Assembly (NCBI GenBank): GCA_030295235.1
Contig: AP026134.1
Location: forward strand, 930,001 to 994,000
Reading direction: 5' to 3'
DNA from: Fistulifera solaris
Taxonomy: Eukaryota
Length of the DNA stretch: 64,000 nucleotides
The notes under the pieces were generated by a model that did not search any database, was not told the origin of the DNA, and saw only the letters and a program-made list of their open reading frames with translations. Numbering within the stretch: the first letter of the stretch is position 1; each line of letters starts with the position of its first letter. Both the position numbers and the translations under genes were made by a program. Below, in pieces: positions 13,399 through 26,797 of the stretch.

Positions 13399-16300
13399 TT
13401 GAAGCTGCCCCCGTCTATTTATGCCCTCCCTGCTTTGCATCAAGTGCATGTCGCTGGAAAGCCTACCATGGCGGATCTGTTTCCGGTTATTTGGGATACT
13501 GGAGCCACAGTTGCTGTTACTTTCGACCGTGCTGACTTCACGTCCTACACTCCGACTACTGGCGATAAAGTTTTGTCTGGCTTTGCTGCAGGTTCTTCGA
13601 TTGCCGGCACGGGCACTCTTGAGTGGACTGTTACTCTGTCCAACGGCAAGGGCTTTACTTTTCGGATCCCTGGGCTACATGTGCCCGATGCCAATGTCCG
13701 ACTCTTCAGCCCACAGTCCTACTGTCAATTGGTGAAGGCGCAACGTAACGACGAACCGCGTTTTTCAGGCGACTCGAGCCTCATTCATGTCGATCTGTTG
13801 GACGGCCACTTTCTTGATATTGTTTACTCTCCGGAAAACAACTTGCCTACTCTGGAGATGTTCCGAAAACAATCTGTTGCTCTCAATGCTGCAAAGATTC
13901 GAAACTGTGTGACCGCTGGCTGAGAATCAAAACTTGAGTGAAGCACAGAAATTTCTTCTTCGCTTACATTTCCGATTTGTTCACCGAAGCATGAAAAATA
14001 TTCAAGCCTTGCTCAAAACCGGCGCTCTCGGAAAGTCTGCTGAAGTCAAAGCGGCGGCAGCGTTGTGATATTCCCAAGTGCGCTGCTTGCATGTATGGAA
14101 AAGGAAAGCGCAAGTCGACTGGAGCAAAATTGACCGTCGATCGCCAATCCAAAGTTCTCTCGAAGGATATTTTAATTCCGGGCCAGAAGGTTTCAATGGA
14201 TCACTTCTCTGTTTCAACGAGGGGACGTCTCTACTCTGGTTTCGGTGGTACCAAAGATGATGAGAAGTTCAAAGGCGGTGTGATTTTTGTCGATCATGCA
14301 AGTGGATTCGCGGTAATGCGTCGTTCACGTTTTGAATTTTACTGCTGGCGAGGCTTTCGCGCCAAGTTGGAGTTCGAAAGTGCAATGGCTAATCACGGCA
14401 TCACGGTGGTCCAATATCATACCGACAATGGCACGTTCTGGCGCAGGAGTTCACAAAGCAAATTGATCACGAACTACCAGTCGATGACTCTCAGTGGACC
14501 TGGTGCTCACCACCAAAATGCTGTTGCTGAGCGCGCGATCGGAAGTATTATATCTCTTGCACGTACCACGATGCTACATGCTAAACTGCGTTGGCCGGCG
14601 ATTTCTTCGGATTTGTGGCCTCAGGCGATCGATTATGTCGTTCAAAATTTCAACTACGGACCCGGCGAAAATAATTCATCTCCGGCTGATATGATCTTCA
14701 GAACAACGACCGATCGAAAAGTGTTTGCTGATATGCATGTATGGGGATCACCCGCGTATATTTTGAACCCTCAATTGCAAGATGGGCACAAGATTCCAAA
14801 ATTTGAACCTCGCTCGAGACGCTGGCGTTTTCTTGGGTTTGTCAAAGCGGCATGCATCGAATGTTCCTGTCGTTCTGAACCTAGAAACAAACCGGATTTC
14901 CGCGCAGTTCCATGTTGTTGTTGATGATTGGTTTGCCACTGTTTCGAATGTCGTTAATGAGGATGATTCTGTCGATCCGGAGACTTGGGCCGACATCTTC
15001 GCATCATCTCGCTTTCAGGTATTTTTCGATGAGGATGATCCGATCGACTTGGATGATGAATGGTTGAGTCAAGATGAGTTGCATGTTCGAATTCAAGAGC
15101 GATCTCGCAAAATTCGAAGCGTCCAAGACACTGCTAGCCCTCCAGTTGATTTCGACAAAGTGCACCAGCGATTACGAACCGATGCCGAGCCTACAACTGA
15201 AAAGAGTTCAAACGAGCCTACATTGCAGAGGGAGCCAGAACAAAAGACAGTTACTACTCCTGTTAAATTATCTGAGCCTATTTCAAAGCCGGTTGAGCCG
15301 ATTCCTGCTCCAAAGGTTGCTGTGGATGCCAAGCCTCCATCAAGTTCGCCGCGGAAGAAGACACCAGCTGTTCCTGCCGAACCTCGCCGATCCACTCGCG
15401 AGACGTGCTCCAAAGAGATTCAATGAATTTATTACAAACGTTGCTTCGGTTGTTCTTGCGCCCGATTCCTCATGAAACTTTCTCTTTTATTGCGTCGATT
15501 CATTCCGGCCTTGTTGCTTGTTGGGATTCGGAGATCGGCGAGTTTGATTTGCGCGACCCTGTTGCTTTTGCGCTATGCAGCGTGCAAAGAAGCCAAAGAA
15601 AGGTTCCGATCCCGACTATCCAATGTATCATCAAGCAATGTCGTCTGCCGAATATCGAGAATGGCAAGAGGCGATGGTGAAAGAAATTCGAATGTTGGAG
15701 ATGATGGGGACGTGGAAGAAAATTCCGCGAGCTTCAGTACCTGCGAATAAGCGCGTGATAAAATCCACTTGGGCGTTTCGGCTTAAACGTTCACCGGATG
15801 GGACACCCACGAAGTACAAGGCGAGGTTTTGTGTTCGTGGCGACATGGAGATAAAAGGAGTAGACTACTTCGAGTCCTACTCTCCTGTCGTACAGTGGTC
15901 CACAGTTCGGTTGCTGTTAATTATGTCCATCGTCCACGGAATGCATACCCGCCAAGTTGATTATGTCAATGCGTTTGCTCAAGCCCCTTTGCCACCTACT
16001 GAAGAGTGCTACATTGAGATGCCTCAAGGATTTCACGACGATGGCGAAGACACTGTTTTGATGCTCCAGAAGACGCTTTACGGAAAGTCCGACAGTCCAC
16101 TCCGATTCTTCAACTTGTTGAAGGACACTTTGGAGAAGCATGGTTTCAAACAGTTGGTCGACATCGATGCTTGCCTGTTCGTGCACGAAAATTATTTGTT
16201 TGACTTATGTCGATGATTGCCTTTGGTTCAGTCTCGATGAAAAGTGCATGGATGACATGATTGACACTATTGACAAGGTTTTAACTTTAACTGTGGAGTC

Positions 16301-17227
16301 GAAAGATGTTTCCCGCGTTCTTGGGAATTCAGTTTACCCGTCGTGGAGATACTATCGAGTTGACCCAGAAAGGTCTCATTAAACGCCGTCATCGAAGCCA
16401 CCGACATGGCTGATTGTAATTCTTGCGACAGCCTGCTGAAAACAAGCCATTGGGAAAAGATTTGGCTGGTGCTGCGTTTGCCGAGTCTTGGAATTATGCT
16501 TCGGTTGTCGGAATGTTGCTCTACTTGTCGTCAAACTCTCGACCGGATATTGCATTTGCTGTCCACCAGTGCGCTCGCTTCACTCATTCGCCACGGCAAA
16601 GTCATGCTAAAGCAATCAAGAGAATAGTGCGTTATTTAAAAGGAACGGCCGATCGTGGTTTGGTGATGCGTCCGACGAAAGAGTTGAAAATTGATTGTTT
16701 TGTTGATGCCGACTTTGCCGGATTGTGGGGTGCTGAAGATCCTGAAGATCCGATAAGTGTGAAGTCGCGTACTGGTTATATTTTGACGCTCGGCAATTGC
16801 CCCCTACTTTGGGTATCGAAGCTACAGTCTGAAATCTCTCTAAGTACAATGGAGAGTGAATATGTCGCATTGAGTACCGCCATGCGCGATGTTTTGCCGA
16901 TGCGAAGACTTGTTACTGCTGTTGCTAAGGCTATTACTGGAGAAGACCAAGTCGAGAGCATTGCCCATTCGGATGTATTTGAAGACAACAATGGAGCTCA
17001 CTCTTGCTACAATTCCGCGGATGACCCCTCGCTCGAAGCACTATGGCACGAAATATCATTTCTTCCGACAACATGTTCAAAGTGGTGAATTGAAAATCAA
17101 CAAGATTGACACTACAGAACAGCTTGCGGATATCATGACGAAAGGATTGCCTAGGGAAACATTTACCTATCTTCGAGACAAGTTAATGGGTTGGGTTGAA
17201 AGTGGTCTCTCTTCGTCTGAGAGGGAG
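13399..17227 (+). CDS. pol: pol: aspartic protease, integrase, reverse transcriptase, RNase H (several frameshifts)
   Basis: PR VIWDTGAT; IN CAACMYGK, VSMDH, HTDNG, HQNAVAER; RT KARFCVRG, QVDYVNAF, LYG, YVDD; RNase H FVDADFAG, STMESEY, EDN, QLADIMTKGL. Confidence 0.93.
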
Positions 17228-17679
17228 TGTCACGGAAATGCGGATAGCGGGCAGACTACTAGGGACTCAGCCAATATGGCCGCACGACCTAATGCGAATT
17301 CCGATCCCCAAATCGGAAGCATCCGAATGTAACCTCTTGGGCGAGGCCCAAGGGTCTTTGCACGATTTGGGTTGATCGTGAAGGCGTGAAAGGTTTGCAA
17401 GCAACGCGATACAAGAATGTTAGAGCCACATACGTGAGCTCAGAATTTCAAGATAAAACAAGACCTAGTCCGATGGCAAGTGACATTCTCGGCGGAACCA
17501 TCACCCAGTGAGATTCCACCTTGTGCATTTGTCGGATTTGTAAAGGCTTCATAATATTGTTGTTTGGAAAACTTTGACTGTTTATCGTCTTAGCTCTACC
17601 AGATACTTCCTCTTCTGTTGTTGCGAAACGTAGCGACTTGGTTGACAGAATTTCTGTTTCTGTCCGTCGATACGTGAGA
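17228..17679 (+). repeat. 3' LTR
   Basis: Direct repeat of 10577-11028, followed by TSD CATAC. Confidence 0.95.
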
Positions 17680-17746
17680 CATACATCATCACTCATTACT
17701 CATCACACATAAAAAAGACAAAGATTCGAGCCACTTATCATCCATT

Positions 17747-18707
17747 ATGATACAACACATCGTCCTCTTAGCATTACCTCTTCTGGTAAACGCAATGCCG
17801 TACGTGGTGTTGCGCAATAAGGCCGCAAAATGTTTTAAAATAGAAGACATCAAGCCCGACACGCTCTTATTAGTCCACTACCACACGCCTGGTAAGCACA
17901 TGAAAGCTGCGCCTTTTGAAACGCTTAAAACTAGATTCTAACTTTCGCTTTTCTTATCGGGCTTCCGCAGACGTGGTCCTTGAATCCGATGTTGTGCAAG
18001 AAGGAATTGATTCACGATATTCCGACCGACAAAAACAACGCATTGAAATGATGAAGACTTCTGTAAGTGCGCCTTTTTCAATAACAGCGTATCAAGCTCT
18101 TTCCGCAAATGAACTAACTTTTTTCGATTAGAGAATGAAAGATATTAATATATTGATTCAACAGCGGGAAGACGATTACTTGCGTCATTTAGCCGAAAAA
18201 CGAACCGAACCAAACATACCCCGGCCGCCCACCAACAAGCTTCGGGTACAATTGGATAATCGCGAGGGCACCCTCGAATTCCCCACTGCATCGGATGGTA
18301 ACTCGGTGGTAGAAATTTGCTTGCAGTCGTATTTTGCAACACAGGAGGATCCGAGTCGGGTGGGTTTGAATCTAACCGTTGTCGTACCTGATGACAGTGC
18401 GTATGAGATCAAAGAAGCGCAAATGAGCGAGGAACAAATCGCTCTCATTCAGCAATCGAATCGCGTCATCAAGTCGCAGACGTCCGGCATAACACAAGAA
18501 CTTTTGCGACTCGAAAAGGATGTGATCAACATTCGAAAGGATGTCGGTCGTTCCAGCCGGCAAGCTGTCGATTTTCAAATCAAGTCGGAAAGACTCAACA
18601 ATGCTGTTTACTACTGGCCCATCTTTCGAATCTTTGTCCTTCTGCTTACAGGGTATCTGCAAGTGAGTCATGTATTGAATTACATGAAGAAGCATCACAT
18701 TCGATAA
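17747..18707 (+). CDS. emp24/gp25L/p24 (GOLD-domain) cargo receptor, 3 exons
   Basis: Signal peptide, KCF and EICLQ cysteines, coiled coil, C-terminal TM (YYWPIFRIFVLLLTGYLQVSH) and MKKHHIR tail. Introns 17892-17970 and 18063-18131. Confidence 0.8.
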
Positions 18708-18919
18708 GCACTTGATCTTGAGTGATCACAAGCAAGTAGTTTTACGGTGACATCGAAAATATAGTCTTCCGTACGAGCGATGAGAGATTGAAGGTCGTTT
18801 TCACGATACAGTACGTACATACGACTGCGCATGCGGCATGTGTTGATTAGGAATCGGCTGGAGATCTATTTCTAAAAGTATTAGAGTAATTCTTTTATGA
18901 CGCAATCTTTCGAATATAC

Positions 18920-20576
18920 TTAATGATGCCCACCACCTTCAGCCAATGAGATCCAAGTTCCCAAAATAGCAAAGACAATCCCGAAAACAACCATCAGTTT
19001 ATTGAAGGCCATTTCTCCAGAAAATAGTGGCTGTACGATATTCTTTCCTTTCTTGTCCTTCATGTTCAACAATTTGAAGTTCACAATAGCGGGGAACATG
19101 TAAATTACAACGGAGCCGAAGACACTGCCAACAATGCCGATAACAGTAGCCAACTCGGCTTCAGTGACAAAACAAGCAGCAGTAGCAATGAGAGTCAGCA
19201 AGCTAACTGACCACGCTTTCTGTTGTTGAGGGCGCTTTTCCTTTAACAATGAAAAAAGCGCCGCCTTCAAACCAGCGAACATGAGCGCATACCCCGAAAT
19301 AATCGCTAAGCCTGTGAAGGCTCTAGCAGTCGTTGCCATAACGTCTTGGGATCCATGATAGTGATTGAGCAAGAGCGCTTGCGAGTTACTTCCAAATGTT
19401 GCGTAGCCCAATATCATCATGCAGAAGAAGACGAGGGCTGTGCCCCCCAATCCAAATGCCATAACTTTCTGTAAATTGGAAACTGTTCGATTTTTCAACT
19501 CCATGAAATACTTCACAGAATTGTAGTGGCATGCGTAAGCAACGCAGCACCTGAGTCACCGGCAGAAAGGGATTCCAAGTTCATTGTTAGATATAGTATG
19601 TAAACGACGTCCAAAGAAACAGCACTTACATATTCATCAAGACAAGCAAACCTCGTTTGGCTTGGAACAGCTTTAGTTCCGACACCAGTCCTAGAACACC
19701 CGTCCCTTGACCAGAAGGATGCAAGTGATTGGGCATGAGATTGTAGAATTTTCCGCCGGCCGCGTAACTGCCATCCACCAATCGCTTTCCTACGAAGAAC
19801 ACCGTGTAGATAATTCCTAACAATCCAGTCATACTCGAATACTGCAAGGAACTCAGATCTTCTGCCAGACACAGAGGAAGAACCGGAACTGCATGCAAGA
19901 GAAGCAATACCGTCCAGCGCTTTCTCAGAATAGGCGGCAGAGAGGGCAAACCGGACACAAGCGACCCAAAGATGTCACCCAAAAAGGCCGAATAGAAGAG
20001 CAGACAGCCCAAAGTGAGTGCCACACAACCCAGATCCGGAATGAACTTTGTCTGGGGACCAACCGTGCGCTCCCAAACTTCGGAAAGTGATTCGGCCATG
20101 ACGACGGGCTTTTCGCGACAGAGCGTCGCATCCGCGGCACGGGCCCACGTCACGAGAGAGTACCACGAAAGAAAACCAAACACGAGCAAAATGAGAGTGG
20201 CAAGAACAGGCCCGGTTCCTCCACCCGCTGCCATGCCATAGGCTATAGTTATGAAACAGTGAGGAAAGTGAGAATTTGAGAGTAAAATGATGAATTCGAC
20301 AGGGGAGGAGTCGTGAAAGTCGCACATACCGATGGGTAGCATACCGTGCGGGCAAAGATCAGCAAGAACATTAGCAACTGCTACAGGAGCCGACATGAGG
20401 TGTGCTTCATGATGGTGATTCTTAGCAATAGTCTTTGCTTTGACGATCGGCGCCTTCTTCACATTCTTATTGAAGCCTCCTCGGAGTTCGACTACGACTG
20501 ACGATGTAATAGGACGGTGAGCCTGTACATTCCACAAAAGAAATACCGTCAACAGCAATGAGTTGATAAACTTCAT
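18920..20576 (-). CDS. Amino-acid transporter (AAAP/Aa_trans family) with N-terminal signal peptide
   Basis: About 11 hydrophobic helices; LPLCLAEDLSSLQYSSMTGL, GYATFG, GIVGSVFGS..YMFP. Introns near 20330-20245 and 19627-19552; apparent frameshift near 19515. Confidence 0.85.
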
Positions 20577-21513
20577 ACTGGTTGGATTCAAAAGACGATG
20601 ATCGGATAATGAAAAGCATGCAACAGGCAACCGATGGATACGTACCAGGTACCAGTTACCGTACCGGTAGTGTCAACAAAACGAGATGCGCGTGTTGCCC
20701 GTCTCGAAAGTGCGTCGTGCGAAGTGGACTGGGGTCTTATTGATCACGCTGCGACGTTATCGCTTCATGAATGAAATTATCCAGTCTTGGCGAAAAACGG
20801 ACAACTCTTCGGTCCATAGTAATTATTCGAAAGCGAAGAATTCGAAACAATCATTGTCGACAAGGATCGAGTGATACTCTGCAATGTTTTAACAAAGTAA
20901 ATTCGAAGCTATCTAGATAAAATGTGATTTGTACAGAAACTAGATTTTTCTATCACGGACAAAAATAGCTTTTATGCCATTCATGACTGAAACTAAAGTC
21001 AATCTTGGAATGCATTTTGCAAGATAGTAATGTTTGAAGTGACTTAGGTTCAAACGTATCATGGACTATGGCTAGAATCGAGCTGTGAATTACAAAATGG
21101 AATTCAGTCAGCTTGTTTGTTTCTGCAGATAAGTAACATTAACAGAACTTCTATCAACAAATCGGACAAAAAGTGGTCGCTGGATCGAAGAAATGACAAG
21201 AAAATGTTGTCGGTTGTTGCCTTTCCGTTGGCTTCAGACCAACACAAACGCCACAGCATGTACATTCACTTGTTTCACAGGGGTCTCCCATCCTCAACCA
21301 GTCAACCAGGTACAACCTTTCTTTCTCAAGGCAGAACATAGGTTCAAAAACTAAGGACAGGACTGATTGAAGTCAAACCTGCTCTCTAATAGCCATAGTA
21401 AAATTCGCGATCTTGTGACAACGAAACATCATCGTCGTAAAAAATACTGTCATTTTGTCATTTTGCAGCGCATTGGAAATGTCATTCATTCATTATTTAA
21501 TTATGAAACAATC

Positions 21514-22572
21514 ATGATTTCTTTTTTCATCACGTTACCCTACATCTTCTTATTTTATTCACTATGGATATTGGCAAGTTTATGGAGACCGTTCTGCACG
21601 CTCAGTCTTGTAGCTGTCTTGAGCAACCCGGCGGCGGCCATCCGTAAAGGGCAACTCTTTGTCTGGACACTTCAATATTTACTACTTTGCAATGACAAGA
21701 AATGGAAGAAAGATAAAAACAAAGAACCGAACGGTAAAGTCGTCGGCTCGAAAACGATTATTTTTGTGCGTCACGGGGAGTCATTGTGGAACGAAACATT
21801 CAATAAGGGTGACCGAAGTGTGCGTGACTTTGTGCTCGGCTTCATTCCGAATCTCATCAAGGCCATTGCTTATGAATGGTACCTTTGGGTCAGTGGAGCT
21901 TCTGGAGAATCGTGGTTTTACGATTCACCTCTCAGTGCGAAAGGTGTGGATCAAGCTTATTCCATTCAGCGGGACTTTTGCCAAAATGCTTACTTGACGC
22001 CCAAGGAAGAAGCAATGAAACAAATATGTCTACAGAAAAAGAACTCGATCGTCGTTTCTTCTAATTTACGGAGAGCCATTGCCACTATAGCCATTGGTCT
22101 GCAGGATCGATGGGCGGAAGAGAAAGGGAAAGACGATCCCATTCAAATTTTGACGTGTCTACAAGAAATTAGTCGCAATCCGGATGCGTTATCGATTACT
22201 CCGGCTCACGGCATTGTCGCGGCGGCTGAAACAGATCCCGCCTTTATGAAAGAATTCTGCGAGAAACACTGCGAAACGAAGCATCATTACGGTAATAAAC
22301 CCGTGAACGGCAACGGACTGTCGCGTTTACAAGAATTCTGTCAACTCGTCTTCGAACTAGATGTCGACAATGTGGTAGCTGGAGGGCATTCACTGTGGTT
22401 CCGTTCCTTCTTCCAGACCTACTTGTTTTCAGATCATGTTGCACAAAAGAAAAAGATTGTGAATGGCGGTCTTGTCAGTTTTACATTGGAGAAAGTGGAA
22501 ACCGAGACGAAAGAGATTGCTTATCGAGTGGATTCGAGCAGTGTTACCGTACTTCATCGCGGATTCGGTTAA
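21514..22572 (+). CDS. Histidine phosphatase (phosphoglycerate-mutase superfamily) with N-terminal membrane anchor
   Basis: FVRHGES catalytic motif, DSPLS..G, SSNLRRA, GGHS. Confidence 0.85.
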   Translation: MISFFITLPYIFLFYSLWILASLWRPFCTLSLVAVLSNPAAAIRKGQLFVWTLQYLLLCNDKKWKKDKNKEPNGKVVGSKTIIFVRHGESLWNETFNKGDRSVRDFVLGFIPNLIKAIAYEWYLWVSGASGESWFYDSPLSAKGVDQAYSIQRDFCQNAYLTPKEEAMKQICLQKKNSIVVSSNLRRAIATIAIGLQDRWAEEKGKDDPIQILTCLQEISRNPDALSITPAHGIVAAAETDPAFMKEFCEKHCETKHHYGNKPVNGNGLSRLQEFCQLVFELDVDNVVAGGHSLWFRSFFQTYLFSDHVAQKKKIVNGGLVSFTLEKVETETKEIAYRVDSSSVTVLHRGFG

Positions 22573-23080
22573 TCGGTTAGAAAGCATGGTTTAGCAAAAC
22601 GACATTCGTGATGACAGAGACTTATCAAAGTCGAACTAAGACTGCATAAATACCGTTTCTTGTACCTAACACCTAGTTCCTAGCTTTTCGTCAATCATTC
22701 GACGATCTTGCCCCCCGCACTTCGAGATGCCACTCAATTTTAATTCAACCAACGAAGATGTGATAGGCAAGGTTCCTTTTCCGTACGAATTCCACCGAAA
22801 TTCCTGGAATTCTAGTGGCAGATGGGCGCCACAAAGGAGCTCTTCCTGTACTATATGAGCTATTGTAATTCCAGTTACGTAGGTCGCTTACGGACAATGT
22901 CCTTCAAGAAAGGACGAGAAGAGTTCCGTCAAAAGCGAAATTGACATCCATCGGAGCCCCTTATATGTTGTTGATTGTTGTCGGTGTCGTTGAAATCAAT
23001 TCTGATTTATTTGACATCAAATAAAACAGTAGTTTCATCTTTTGTTTATATCCTGTTCCTTTAAATTGAGCGTAACAACC

Positions 23081-24254
23081 ATGAAACGGAAAGATTTGCC
23101 GTCATCCTGTCCCGAAACGCTTTCAACGTCTCCAGCCAATTTTGATCTCCCAATATACTGGGATGGCCTTGCCAAATCCGCTTACGGTTCAACGTACGCC
23201 TTTTTACCGGATTTTACGGAACATCCCAAACCAAAACGACGACCGACGGTGCAGGTTTCAAAACCAGAATTGTCGAATTCCAATCAAGAGGACGATGTCA
23301 CGTTTTTTCACGACTTTGTTGCAGGAGGTGTAGCGGGATGCGCATCTGTCATTGTGGGCCATCCTTTTGATTCTATGAAAGTACGACAACAAACGAATGC
23401 TACGGGAACAGCGTCGATACGGTCGCTCTTTCGGGGCATGTCGGCTCCATTGAGTGCGGCAACGGCGATCAATGCCGTCGTCTTTGGGAGTTACGGGGGA
23501 GCCAGTCGATTCTACGACGAGTACATTCAGGCTCCTCAAGAAACGGATTTGAATCACGATCCTTGGCAAAAAGTTGGGTATGCGGTAGTTTTGCTGGTAT
23601 GGTACAATGTGTCATCATCGCACCGATGGAGCATGTCAAACTAAGAGTTCAAACGTCTGCCGAGTTGAAAGGTTCACGGCAAGCCGTTTCGCTCATTGTC
23701 AAAAATTATGGAGTACCAAAGTTGTTTCAAGGATGGTGGAGCACCTTTCTGCGCGAAGTGCCGGCATTCGGTCTTTATTTTGCCTCCTACGACTACATGA
23801 AAGACGCTTGCTTGACCTACTTGTCTGGAGGCGACAGCAGTGCGGAAGCCGCTGCTCAAATGAATTCAAGTCACGCTTGGCTAGCTTCCGCTATGGCCGG
23901 TGGCTCTGCGGGATGTCTCACGTGGGGCTTTGTGTACCCAATTGACGTGATAAAAGTACGTTTGTGGCAAGGAGGCTGTTTGCCTACATCGACTTCGAGA
24001 GAAAGTTTTGACTGACGCTTTATTTATTTTACTCGCTCTTTTCCGCACAGACTCATATTCAGATTGCACCTCTCGACCAACCTGCACCACGAATCTTGAC
24101 TACGGCACAAAAGATCATTCAAACAGCTGGATACCGAGCTCTCTTCCGTGGATTAGGCATCACTTTGATACGAGCTTTTCCAGTCAACGGCACAATCTTT
24201 CCGGTGTACGAGTTTACATTGAAAAAGGTGGTAGCTTGGGAAAATGGTAACTAA
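23081..24254 (+). CDS. Mitochondrial carrier (carnitine/acylcarnitine or basic amino acid carrier-like)
   Basis: Three Px(D/E)xxK signatures (HPFDSMK, APMEHVK, YPIDVIK) and RAFPVN. Frameshift near 23570; intron about 23956-24050. Confidence 0.88.
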
Positions 24255-26125
24255 ACGAATACTCTAATTCGGTTTTTTGTCCCTGTTTCTCTACACTAGC
24301 TAGCATCTTGCGCCAGTCGCCTTTACTCGATTAGTTGTCAAAGAATGTGGCTGTCTTTTGCTAAGCACTCCGTTTGCTCTCGATTCCGTTTGAGCTCAAC
24401 GTTTCGCCGCAATAAGTCGGAGACCCTGAGCGGGACGACAAGATGGAAGCAAGCATTCGATTTCGCGTAAAAGCCGCTAAAATGTAGCACATATTAAGAT
24501 GTCTGCCGACTTGGTACTGTAAACTCTCGCAGGTTGATTGTCGTCATAAAAATGCTTTCTCCAATAGACACAGCGACTGTGTGTGATTCGGTCACATGAA
24601 TAGCGAAGAGGCTGTGAATTAGCCCTGCAAAGTGTGAGCAGGTTCACAACAAGGAAAAGGGAACGAATGTATGAAATTGAAATAAGACGCATCACTTTCT
24701 TGACAAATGAGACCCAGCAATGTTCTCGACACTCTGCACATCATGAAGTTTTCAGTGCCGTAGGCAAGCGACATCTGTAAGCTTTGTACAATTGTCTTTA
24801 GATCGATTGCGTTTCCTTTATAGGCGTTTCATCAGCCTCATTCAATCGCTCACATTCATATTAAAAAGATAATTTGGCCAATCAGGCGTTTCTGATTTCT
24901 ATTGCCTCAATGTTTTCATGCGCATCTGTAGTAATGGCAATGACTTAAAACGAAGAATGAAGCCCACTTGTCGCTTGTTGATGGACTTCACAACCTAAAC
25001 CCGAATTCTCACTTCATTCATTATTTATTCGTTTATTCGTCCCACGATCCATCGCGCAAAATTGTGATGCCCTGCCATAAAGTTTCACATTCTCACTGTA
25101 GTAGCTTATCCGTTGGGGTCTTCGTCTACTAAATACCTTTTCAAATGTCCTTCTGAGTCTAGCTAAATAATTAAATTAGCCATGATTGCGAAACTTTTGG
25201 TACTGAAAGGTTTCTATTTGACTGATACTAAAATAAGATGCATCGGGTTGGGTGGCATTTTGTCGAGCTCGTAAACTCAAAAGACATGCCAGTTTCTTGG
25301 CCGAGGATTTCAAAAAACACAGTCGGCTTACCAAAAGCTGAATTGTTTACCTTCCTTTGCTTCAACACCACGAAGCTCCTCTTTCGTAATACTCCGTAAA
25401 GACATTGCCAAATTAAAAGAACATAAATGTGAGTTCCAATGTCGCAAAAGGATGAAAACGAAGGAACCGATGGAATTTTCCCCATCCCATTTTTTTAGCG
25501 ACCATGGTCGTCCATCGGAGCGTTGAGAAAGCGGGCCCGGCGTTCTGCGAAATTCAAATACGCTGAGTATCTTCCGTTCCAGTACCGTATCTGCGATGTC
25601 TACTGTCATACAGTAGGATCCTTTTTCATTCCATTCTACAGCTCCGTAAAAATGCAGTCCTTGCCCGAAATTTCGATGCGGTATTGACTCTGGACAGCGA
25701 TACAACGCAGTACACGGTGACCGCGACTTGTTTCACGGAAGCAGTCAGCAGCTGTGTTGCGGTTTGGATTCGTGCCCGCCCCTCCTCCATCGATGGACAC
25801 GTCCGCAATTTCGGGTGTATAGGAAATTCGACTGTTTCTCATTGCATTTTGTATCTAGAAGAAGAGCAATTGTTGACTGCTTTACTGAAAAAAGATTGCA
25901 TGCTTTTGTTGTTCAATTTTCTCGGGTATGTTCTTCCAGAGGTTGCTATCGTCATTTTGTGTGACAATGACAAGGTGCACGCTGTTCGTTTGAATTTCCG
26001 TTCTCAACGCACCGAATCGCTAAATCCTTCATTACTGACGACACCAAATCGGAAAGCGTGGCCTTCTTTCTCCTCTGATCTCATCGCATAGTCTAACTCT
26101 GACAATTTCTATTCAACAGACCATC

Positions 26126-26797
26126 ATGTCAGCATATGCGTTACCAGGATTCTTTCCTCCGTTAGACACAACTTTCGGTTCATCTTGCAAAAGTTCTTGT
26201 GAGACTACCAATGCTTCTTGCCAGAACATCACAGATATGGCGGATGTAAAGATCGACAACAAGGTGTCATCGCGGCCAGTTGTTACAATATTACGAGCCA
26301 AGGTTGATCCGATTCGACTGATTGAGTCGCTCACCGCACAACGGCCCAAACGCATCTTCCGCAGAAGACGGTGCAGCGATTCTTCTTCACAAAATCCCCA
26401 GGAATCCGCCATGGACTTTGAACTCAGTATGAGTACCACCAACGGTCGAACAACAACAGTTGTACGCACCATGGAGTCGATTCGTCGTCTCCGCAAGGAT
26501 CTATCGAGCTACACGAACGTTCCGGAATTGCCCGCCCTCAAAAATGATTGTCTCGGCTTTACACTCATGCACGACGCGTTACGGGTGTATTCTCCGCTAT
26601 TAGCACAATGGTTCCGCGAGGTGATTCCCCACGTGGAGCATCTAAATGTGTGGTCCGAGTTTTGGTATCCCGAGACGACGAATCTAAGCTGCAATAACTC
26701 CTGGATGAGCAATTCTTTGCTTCGGCACCGAATGTCGGCTCCTGTTATGTTGCACGCCATTGAAGAGTCGGAGTCAGATGATTCGGATGAAGAGTAA
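26126..26797 (+). CDS. Hypothetical protein, possible degenerate PX-like domain
   Basis: 223-aa ATG ORF; VVRTMESIRRLRKDL..VPELP resembles the PX core; acidic tail. Confidence 0.55.
   Translation: MSAYALPGFFPPLDTTFGSSCKSSCETTNASCQNITDMADVKIDNKVSSRPVVTILRAKVDPIRLIESLTAQRPKRIFRRRRCSDSSSQNPQESAMDFELSMSTTNGRTTTVVRTMESIRRLRKDLSSYTNVPELPALKNDCLGFTLMHDALRVYSPLLAQWFREVIPHVEHLNVWSEFWYPETTNLSCNNSWMSNSLLRHRMSAPVMLHAIEESESDDSDEE

Larger units (their letters stand above)
10577..17679 (+). mobile_element. Full-length Ty1/copia LTR retrotransposon (CoDi-like)
   Basis: Two 452-bp LTRs, 5-bp TSD CATAC (10572-10576, 17680-17684), PBS-like GGTTACGAGCCCAG at 11029-11042, polypurine GAGAGGGAG before the 3' LTR, and domain order gag-PR-IN-RT-RNaseH. 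Confidence 0.97.

Noticed and set aside
24300..26100. Short ORFs or an ncRNA in a long intergenic region
   Set aside because: No motifs, coherent splice structure or RNA fold that I can support.
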